From NCBI RefSeq assembly GCF_006345805.1, contig NC_043001.1, forward strand, positions 100,502,001-100,566,000: 64,000 nucleotides of DNA, written 5' to 3'. A program made the translations under genes and the position numbers. The notes beneath the pieces are model-generated. The model did no database searches. It saw nothing but the letters and a program-made list of their open reading frames with translations, and had not been told where the DNA came from. Shown here piece after piece: positions 54,475-64,000 of this stretch (position 1 is the stretch's first letter; each line of letters begins with the position of its first letter). This stretch comes from Octopus sinensis (lineage: Eukaryota).

Positions 54475-54960
54475 TGCATCATCATCATTACCATCATCAC
54501 CCCCCCCCCACTACCACCATCATCACCATCATCACCACCACCACCACAACCACCACCACCATCATCATCATCACCATCATCATCATTACCATAATCAACA
54601 CCACCACAACCACAACCACCACCACCACCACACCACCACCACCACCACCACCACCACCATCATCATCATCACCATCATCATCATTACCATAATCAACACC
54701 ACCACAACCACAACCACCACCACCACCACCACCACCAGCCCACCACCACCACCACCACCACCATCTCACATCCGTTTTTCATGCTGGCATGGGTTGGACA
54801 GCTTAACAGGTGCTGGCAAGCCCAGGAGCTGCAACAGGTTTCAATTCTCTGTTTTAGCATGGTTTCCACAGCAGAGTGCCCTTCCTAATGCCAGCCAACC
54901 ATTTTACAGTGTGTACTGGGTGCTTTTCATACCAGGTGCAGCAACTCCAGTGGTTTTTAT
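54475..54960 (-). mobile_element. RTE 3' UTR copy (54765-54960) with a greatly expanded compound (GAT/GGT)n tail
   Basis: 'catccgtttttcatgctggcatgggttggacag' directly abuts ~290 bp of CAT/CAC triplets. This explains the poly-H/T/P ORFs. Confidence 0.75.
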
Positions 54961-56951
54961 GTGGTAACATCACCATATGTAGTCATAAGATTTTATTTCT
55001 GAAAACTATTTCCATAGATTTCAAAATATGTTTGGAGATTACATCACTGAATCTTGAATTTTCTAAATATTTCAATAACTTTATTACTACTAAATATGTA
55101 GATATAACTGCATGTCTATTGGCCACATACTCCATCAACATTTCATAAACTGTTGTGGCTTAGTCACATAAGCATCTCTTTACTTACAGTCAGTCATTTC
55201 CATTCATTTTAGTTCTTGTAAGCTGTCTATCTTGTGTAACCACACATTTCAAAACTACTGCGATCTCCTAATAAGAATCTTTATAATTAGCATAAGAAAT
55301 AATTGAAATGAGTAAAGGAAAAATACATTTGTTTTCTTTCATTGTTAAGAACTGAACTTAAAACCTATTTGACTGAAAAGGCAATTCTACAGAAGATAAA
55401 CACTTTATCATGATACATTGTTGCCTGTTGTTTTGTCACAGGCCACTGATAGCTAACAGATTGATTTCATAATAAAATCATATGTAAAATGGTAAAGACA
55501 AATATTGATGACATAATTAGGAAGACTGGAGGCTGGAATAAGAAAATAGCTTATGATATCCTTTGTGAGGATGTCATAAGTGTTAGATTGGTATCAAACA
55601 TGTAAGGTATTAGCAGGAAATAGGTTCATTTCTCATATGTAGGGATTCTTTAGAAAAAGATGACATCATTTATTCAAAGCCTCTAACATTGCCATTCTTT
55701 CTAGCTAAGCTGTCATGCAGCGTTCACAGACATTACACTTGGTAATTAATCTCTCAGGCATTGCAGATATTAACCCTGACAATTCATTTCCCTAAAATAT
55801 AATACTTCTATCTATCATTCAAAAACCCCTTTTGAATATCTGCAAACCCAGCTGATAATCTACTCAACTAGACATTTTCTCACAACATTCATCTTGAAAT
55901 AACTCTAAAGATAACTGTTTTCTTATTAATAACATGCCGTTGCCTCTATTGTTTCATTTCTCACACCATTGCTGACACTTTTATTTATATCCTACTCTTC
56001 AGTCCATTAACATTATCAACTGCTTAAAAGAAATCACTTCCAAACCCATTGTTTCGTTTCATTGCCATTTTCCACAAAATTTCTCTGACCAGACTAAATT
56101 TATGTTATTGCAATATAAAATAAGTGTAGTGATTCATATTTGTTTTGTTTTTTTGTTTTTTTTTTTGAAAATTCCAAAATGTGTTGTCAGCAAATTCTTG
56201 TATGTTTAATAAATGGCACAGTTGTAGGTTCTGCTGATTATTCTAGCTCTGATCTTTAAATCCTCACATAACAGCCTTTTTCTATTGACCTTCTGCTCTT
56301 TTCCAATAACTTTTGGATTAATATTCTACTTCTTGGCTAATTATACTTATATTGACATTCAGCCCTAAATTTTTTGTATTGCTAATTGAGATTCTGGTAG
56401 ATAAATTTCAAAGTGACATTCTTGTATCTAAATAATGATTTTCTTAATTACACTTAAGTCTAAAGTTAATTAATTTCATTTGGTAAGTGTCACATGCCAC
56501 TACCTTTTTTTTATGGACATTAGTAAAGGATTGTCAATGTGGCTGTTGATTACCTATTATACTGCATGTAATTAATAAACCATCATTGATTAAATTTTCA
56601 TTGGCATTTAACTGACTTACTAATTAGTTACTAACATTGACAGTGACTAATTAATTATTCATGTCCAATGCTTGTGAATTTTAATTACATAAAAGTCCTA
56701 GCTACATTCATGCTATTCCAGTAATTATCTGCTTACTATGATTTTCACATCAAAAATATTTGTTTAAATATTTTTTCACTAAAGACAAACAATCTAATTA
56801 AATAATGAACATTTAAGAATCTTGATCAATATTTTTAAATTTTAAAGTAATATCTTTTTTTTATTACACACATTTCCCAGTTATTTTGTGAAGAGATAGA
56901 AGATGTCCCTACTTTGTTATCTTTTTTCTGTAATTCCAGGATAATAAGAAA

Positions 56952-57339
56952 GGAACGAAAACATTGCAGTGTGGAAGGTGTTTATAAGCCATTTAAGAAA
57001 CACACAAAAATCATTAAATTCACTTCAAGATTTAAATTTAATTTGTCAAAATACTTTCATCGCTTTGAGACAGTGACCTGTTCATTGACAAAACTTCATG
57101 CTGCATCGTCACTTTGAGACAGCGACATCTGTCAGATGCAGCACAAAGTTTTGTCAGTGAACAGGTCACTGTCTCAAAGCGATGAAAATATTTTGATAAA
57201 TTAGATTTAAATGTTGAAGTGAATCTAACGGTTTGTGTGTTTCTTAAATGGCTTATAAACACCTTCCACACTGCAATTGTTTTCATTCCAGCACACGATC
57301 TCAGATCAGGTCACTTGCTATGCAAGTACATCTCCGTAA
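56952..57339. mobile_element. Hairpin repeat with unpaired tail (family shared with 12364-12683)
   Basis: Inverted repeat 56952-57289 and 50-nt tail 57290-57339. AAGAAAGGAA is directly repeated at 56946-56955 and 57339-57348. Confidence 0.85.
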
Positions 57340-57405
57340 AGAAAGGAATGGTTCTCACAATTTTTGATATTGTAAACTTTTGCATTATTATTATTATTAT
57401 TATTA

Positions 57406-57447
<42 letters not shown>

Positions 57448-57759
57448 CAAATAGCTAGATTGCCTTTCTATCAATTACTGATCGTATGTAATGTAAGAGC
57501 GCAAAATTTTTGTTAGGAGACACAGTGAAGTAAGTTAAAGTAGTCTTGCCAAAAGGCAGAAAACAATGATTTTGCTAAGGTTCTAATTAATAATCATGTT
57601 GTCAATAATTAAATAATTAAATCTCTAATCTCAGAACTAAATACCAGACCAATAGAAAAGTTAAGAGTTTCTTCTCTGTTACTTAAGCACTTTTACCATA
57701 ACTCTGTAATTCTACGTTTATCAATTTGTGTTGCAAGATTCTTGATGTGAAGTCGTGTG

Positions 57760-57979
57760 TTGAAACAGATATTGTTTTTATTTCAGGATGGTCATTTTTT
57801 TTTGCCAAATAAACATATGCATTATATATTTGTTCTTTACTTGTTTATTATTGTTCTTATTCATGGACATGAGTTAGAATAAGAACAGTAATAAACGAAT
57901 GAAGAATGAATATACAGTGTTCGTGTTTATATGGCAAGAAAAAAAATGACCATCCTGAAATACAACAATATCTTTCAAA
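57760..57979. repeat. Hairpin repeat, ~220 bp
   Basis: 'agatattgtt...atttcaggatggtcattttttt' pairs with 'aaaaaaatgaccatcctgaaat...aacaatatct'. The centre 'ttattgttcttattc...gaataagaacagtaataa' also pairs. Confidence 0.8.
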
Positions 57980-58599
57980 CTTCACAGATGGCAAACAAGC
58001 ACCTGCCTATCAAAGAGGCATTCTAACCTTAACCAAAGACAACCAGGCTTCCATTATTTCATAAAAGAAACCAAAGATTAACAAATATAGGGGAAGAAAG
58101 AATAAACTAACACCATATGTTAGTAACTATATTCTAGTGGGAATTTTTAAGTCTGATTATGCAAAATAACGTTTTAATTAGACTGAAAGATACTGGATTG
58201 TGCATGTAATTAATTAATTAGAAAATGTGAAAAATATTTACTGTGGCTACATGATAATCTCTTACTGAGACATGCTACAGACTCATGAAGGTGATATTTT
58301 GTTTTTGTCAAAGACATGAATAAATTAATTAAATTGAAAAAAAATGTTACAAAGAAATGGAATTGAGTCATAAATTCACATAACCAGGAAATTATGTTTC
58401 ATAATAGACATTTGTAATTGTTGTTCTTCATAACCATTTTGCTCTTCTGTCATATGTATTAGCTAGCTAGAATAGAAGCCAGGCATTGAGAATAAATGGC
58501 ATGAAGAAAAGCTGTAAGCATAGAGTTTGTCAATGTTTTACAATGAGAAGATCAGAAATACGAGGTGATTTGGATTGCAAGGCATTGTGCTTCCATGAA

Positions 58600-59500
58600 T
58601 CATGATATTGTTGAGGAAAAGTGGTTTTGAAATGCCAATACCATAGTTACTCTAACAGAGGCTTTGAAGAACCTAGAAAATGTTGCAATGAAAGCTTGTT
58701 GAATGATGAGAGTGTATGAGAGAAAGAGGTACCACTCACCAGATCAATCAGCTGTTGATGCTGATAGCTGTATTGCCGCATGGTTAAGAATATGAAGGAA
58801 GAGAAGGCTGTTGGATCACCGGATGTTGTTGCTGAGATGCTGAAAGTATCTGATGAAATAAGACATATGTTGGTCACTCCGAGAGCCAATCAGATTGTAC
58901 AGGTTAGTACCATATGCAATGATTCACATTACACTTATGACCGTTCAATGTTATATGAGCAAAGGAGCTTCTTTAGAAAGAATAACTATACAGGATGATG
59001 GTCTGAGTTATGAAAGTGAAAGTAATTTCAATGGTAGAATAGATTAGAAGAAGAATTAACTTGGATGAGAGGAAATTCAAGTTGAAGTAAAACCAATGCC
59101 ATCTTTCTTGCAAGGCAACTACAGGAGAAGTTCTTAACTAAAAGCAAATTATTCTATCAAAAAATACCTTTCATGGCATATCATGCTAAAACACTCTAAG
59201 GAGTACTAAAGGCTGTGTAAACTATGTACAGAGATGCTGTCAGCAAGGTGTGAGTTAGCAATTAATTCAATGAAGAATATAATATCTACCCAAGAATCCT
59301 TCAGGAATCAGTTCTCAACCCCCTTTCTGTTTTTTATTGTTCTCTCAGCTATAACAGAAAAATTGATACCTGGTCGACATGGGAAATTCTGTATGCAGAT
59401 GACATTGTTTTCATTACTGAAGGCTATTGAAGAATTAGAAAATACAAATATGGAAGTAAAGTTAGTTAGAAAGAAGACAAGACATTATGACTGCCATCTG
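58600..59500 (+). mobile_element. Heavily decayed RTE reverse-transcriptase relic
   Basis: MKEEKAVGSPDVVAEMLK parallels MKTGKAPGPSGITAEML of the 17221-21066 element. 'tcaggaatcagttctcaacccc' and 'ctgtatgcagatgac' (LYADD) remain. Confidence 0.65.
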
Positions 59501-59511
59501 AGAGACCAACA

Positions 59512-60048
59512 AGTGTTACAAGGAGTTTTGTTGGTCTCTCACTCAACTGCACTCCACACATGATAATCAAGGGGGTTGTAATCTGGGGAGTTAGGTGGCC
59601 AGATGTTAGGGGTGATGTGCTCGCAGAAATTGTCTGACAGTCATGACTGGGATCTCCTGCTTGTGTGACATGGAGCAGAGTCCTGTTGCCAGACAAAGGG
59701 TCTTCCAGCAGCCACCTCTTGACCTAGGGCAGCGCTTCCTCCTCCAGGCATCTGATGTAGACCTCCGTATCAAGTTTGAGGCCATGTGGGAAGATAAATG
59801 GAGGCATAAGTTTGCCATCACTAATGATCACTTCAAACACCATGATGTTGACTGGATGTTTGATTTTTATCACTCTCGGTGCATTCACTGTCCTCAGATT
59901 GACACCTAAACACTCTGAAATGTTCATATTGGAACTTCCAATACAAATGCCAAGCAGCACAGCATGTTGTTTCCAGATTCTGACAGTGAATTGCATCATG
60001 CTGCAGTTTTTCTCACAGACGGTGCCCAACTGACCCTACTATACTGTG
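59512..60048 (-). mobile_element. Internally deleted Tc1/mariner DD37D (maT-type) transposase relic
   Basis: Minus strand WQQDSAPCHTSRRSQS*LSDNFCEHITPNIWPPNSPDYNPLDYHVW has 37 residues between the last two Asp. An N-terminal HTH-like segment (ISECLGVNLRTV) is fused directly to KHPVNIMVF. A TA lies at 60049-60050. Confidence 0.8.
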
Positions 60049-62401
60049 TAGAGGACAAAATAAAAAAACAAACATTGTGTAATCATGAAAAAAATATATA
60101 TAAAATGGCAACAATTTACCTATCACACCCTTTATTTTCAATGATTAATTTAAACATATGAAATATGTTATAAATTTATATATATATATTTCCAATAGAC
60201 ATGTTTAATATATATTTCAAGCATTGGTCTTATCCATTGTGCACTGTATCATATATTGCTGAATATAACTTAGATGCTCCTTCATTATTTATGTATTTTG
60301 ATAATGTAATTACATAAATAACAATGTTTTATGTCAATGAAACAGCTGTTGAGCACAATTAAATTATGAAATGTGTGTGAAATTTATGCCTTTCTGTTTT
60401 TTTATTCTAAATATGCTGCTCTCAGCAATCATTTTAGCTGATTCTATACACACATGCAAGTTTGTTTCACCAGAATTTACTGCATTCTAATAACATAGTG
60501 GAGTTTAAAGTTTTATTATTGGAGCTTTTAATAACTGTGGATATATTTTTTGATACTCATACATCAACTGTATGTGTCTGTATGTGTGCATATAAGTTTG
60601 TGTCAGTGTGTGCATATACCTGTGTGTACATCTATGTGTGTGCTTGGATGTATGTAAAGTGAATGCAGATTTGGTTTCATAAATCAGATTGCTGATTATT
60701 GCCATATCATTTTTAAAAATAAAAAGAAAAAAGCTCACTATGGAAACAAAACCGAAAGTTTGAAATCTATGAAATATCTATATTTAGCATAAAAAGAAAC
60801 AAAACAAAAGAAAAACTGTACAAATATATAAAATACATTTATTTCTGCAAGAAATAACTTTCTGATCATCATCACTTTTCACAATTGTTAAACTTATTCA
60901 TCCTCATTTTCATTCGCCCCCTTCTCTTCATTTCCCTCCAGCTTTTGTATCACACACAGATTTTTTGTCTCTCACCCCTTCCCTTTCTATCTGTATCATT
61001 TTCTTTGGCATTCATTCTTTATACCTGTGTTATTCTCTGTCTAATTCTTCCTCTGTAATACAGACCTCTATCTTTCTTTCCATCTCTCCTCTGTTACTGT
61101 TGTTACCTCTTTCTCTTTTATTTTTTTTTTATCTGTCCCACCCTCTCTGTAGCTGTGTATTTGTATGGCTGTATGCCCTATAAGTTATTGACTCCTAACT
61201 TATCAATCTCCAAGCCACCCATTTATGTAATCTGCCACTTTTTATACAATTTTTTCATTACTTTCAGCAAAGTCACTGCTTTCTCCTTTCAGTATAATAG
61301 AATGAGAGAAAGCAACCAGCAAAATGTCTTTATGTATATATCACAATAGTAAAATTTAGATCTGGATGTACTATAAATATAGAACACATCGTGGGACACT
61401 GAGAAAAAGAAAATCAAATTTTGTACATGAAATATACTTTTATTCTTTTAGAAATACTTTTATATTTCTCATTCTCACAGCGTTCATAAAGCAAAGCAAG
61501 AAGATAGGAATAAAAATTATAATGCTTATTAGACATGCTGCCATTGTTGCAAAATGTGGTCGTTAGAGCTGATTATTGGAAACACGAATGAGTATACGCA
61601 TATACATACATGTGACGCTGTATGTGTTTGTGCACCCATACATGCATGAGGCAAATGGTCACTAAAACATCTCAATGTTCTCTAACAGAACTTGTATGAA
61701 ATATTCCGACATATTTTCTGTATGAAGTGTATTTGAGGACCATTCTAGTGATTTGATTTGTTCACACAGACATATAAACATAGCACCAACTACCTGTTGA
61801 GTCATTGTGCAATCTCACTGATTAAATATTTTGCTTTGATGATCTAAAACTGTATTACTTGGATTCATATGTATATATATATATATATCCACCAAACACA
61901 CATATAATGTGTGTATTGTGTATCTGTGTGTGTACATGTGTGTGTTTAAAATTCTATAGGTTTATGTGTGTATTTATTCTGTGTCTAAGTAGTTTATGAA
62001 TAATGCTTGCTATGCAGAAGGCGAGGTAGACACGAAGGGAGATGTGATCAGCAGAAAAGCATGTGGTGTAAGAAGTGACAGGTCATTAGTAACCAGAGGA
62101 ATGCTATGAAGAACAGAACAGAACTCTGGGATTCGCCTGATGGAATGTAGGTCGGAGAGAGAGCACCATCAATGTAATACTGCAAAAGAGGGGCCTGACT
62201 GGAAATTTCTGAATTAAGATGTAGGTAAACAACTTAGCCAGGTTCTCACTGTTCAAAGGCTAATATCAACAATAACACAGCATGCACTGAATTTCCCTGG
62301 GTCTCGTATCACCCGTACATGGCAGACACAATGATATGCAAACATGCGCAAATATAAGCATGCACACACACACACATACACACACACACACACACACTCA
62401 C

Positions 62402-62753
62402 ATCTTTGTGAATAAATTCTTTGATAAGAATGTTTACTCTGAAGTGTTTATGAGGAACTGAAAAATCTGTGGCAATAAAACATGGTTTGCATTTGCATAT
62501 AGAAATTAGTAATTCCATGAAAATTATCCACCATGAATCTCCCTGAAGGGGAATACGGAGAATGGGCTGAGACTTGCGCAATATCAACCAGAAAATGAAT
62601 TGGAACTCCATACAAATAGGCATGGAAACTATTGAACAAAACAACAAAAACTTCAGAGAGAAATTCTTCAGATTCCACACAGAGTCTTTGCTTCTAATTA
62701 AATGGTAAAATGCAGTTAACAGCCAATAATGTTGTTGCAGCAGAACTTTACAC
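62402..62753 (-). CDS. Candidate internal coding exon of an unidentified gene
   Basis: 352 nt bounded by acceptor 'tatcacttgtgcAG' and donor 'GAT|GTGAGT'. One frame stays open for 117 codons (part of track ORF 62309-62761). No recognisable homology. Confidence 0.25.
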
Positions 62754-63634
62754 CTGCACAAGTGATATTTAATTAATCTTAACTACATCATACACCACTA
62801 GTCTAATTAGTTCAAACAACACCATTGTCTTGTTTGCAATGTCTCTTATATTCATAAACAACTCACAAGATCTTTTATTCTCTTTGTCCTTCTGTCACTT
62901 AAACATTGTTAAGTATTTCAGAATTCTTACTTTGCTCAAAAGATGTAATTATAATTTTAGGAATACTTTATTCTTTAAGAAACACTGCCAACTCTTGCCA
63001 TAGTTTTATTATAGACTTTTAGTTGTTGATTTTCAAATGCCTTTGTTTCTGTTTTTTTGGGGGGGAGGGGGATTAGTAATTTAAGAAATGGTTGTTCATA
63101 TCATTAAGGATATTATTTTAATTAATTTATAAAAACCTTGGATTATTATCTTTTAAGTATGCTAGTTACCTCTTTTGACAAATGATTTTTCCATAGAGAA
63201 TCAACCAGACATTGCTTTACTGCTTTACCAAAAAATGGATGTGTGTGTGCATGTGCGTGTGTGAGTGTGTGTGTGTGTGTGTGTATGTATGTGGAGGCAC
63301 ATGGCTTAGTGGTTAGTGCATTGTATTCTTGATTGTAAGATTATGGTATTGATTCCTGGACTAAATGACGATGCATTGTGTCTACCAGCAAAACATTTCA
63401 TTTCACATTTGACTGACAGAAATAAATGATCCAGGGCTGTACTGGTGTCCTGTCCAGGTGTAGGATACATTGACCAGGAAACTGGTTTTATGACCTAATC
63501 CAGGAAACTGGTTTTATGACCTAATGGATCAAGTAGGACCTTTCATATTTTTCATACACAGATACATACATGCCTGCATACATACATACATACATGTGTG
63601 TATGTGTGTGTGCATATGTATCAGAAAACTTATT

Positions 63635-63821
63635 TTTGCATATAGAAATTAGTAAATCCATGAAAATTATCCTCCCTGAAGGGGAATACGGAGAATGGGC
63701 TGAGGCTTGCGCAATATCAACCAGAAAATGAATTGGAACTCCATACAAATAGGCATGGAAACTATTGAACAAAACAACAAAAACTTCAGAGAGAAATTCT
63801 TCAGATTCCACACAGAGTCTT
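63635..63821. repeat. Local duplicate of 62492-62688
   Basis: Matches except for 2 substitutions and a 10-nt deletion (accatgaatc). Confidence 0.9.
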
Positions 63822-64000
63822 AAAACAAATTTTAGTTATTTAAATTTTAATAAATCAAAATTTAAAAAACTAAAATTATTAAAATACAATACCAGTTTCA
63901 ACAATATTTTTGTTTTGCAATGATAAATAAATAAATATATCCTAGGGCTAAATTACAGCAACATTCATCTTAAACCAGGACTGCCATGTTATGTTGGCAA

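Noticed and set aside
54407-54769. 186-aa His/Thr/Pro-rich ORF
   Set aside because: It is the expanded CAT/CAC triplet tail of an RTE-UTR copy, open in several frames because of low complexity.

Overview
AT-rich eukaryotic window dominated by repeats, with no confidently identifiable host gene. The repeat families and dense (TA)n, (CA)n, (TACA)n and (GATA)n tracts suggest a coleoid cephalopod, probably Octopus; this is an inference from pattern recognition, not a database search. Nearly all short ORFs in the track are microsatellite translations or antisense shadows. Supportable content: (1) a 5'-truncated CR1-group LINE (8728-11252, +) with one in-frame stop, sitting on the axis of a ~50-bp inverted repeat, plus a 3' fragment of the same family (42469-42906); (2) a decayed, near-full-ORF RTE-clade LINE (17221-21066, -) whose ~900-bp 3' UTR is the source of at least 14 dispersed short copies ending in (GAT)n; (3) a decayed Penelope-like element (38257-40140, -), four Penelope-type minimal hammerhead motifs (one with an intact core, 16630-16715) and several hairpin repeats; (4) three tRNA-headed SINE families; (5) a non-autonomous Helitron, an internally deleted DD37D (maT) transposase relic and a 70-bp hAT-like MITE; (6) two microsatellite-bounded tandem duplications (768 bp and 360 bp); (7) one low-confidence candidate minus-strand exon (62402-62753) with a partial duplicate. 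No CRISPR array, rRNA or bona fide tRNA gene was seen.
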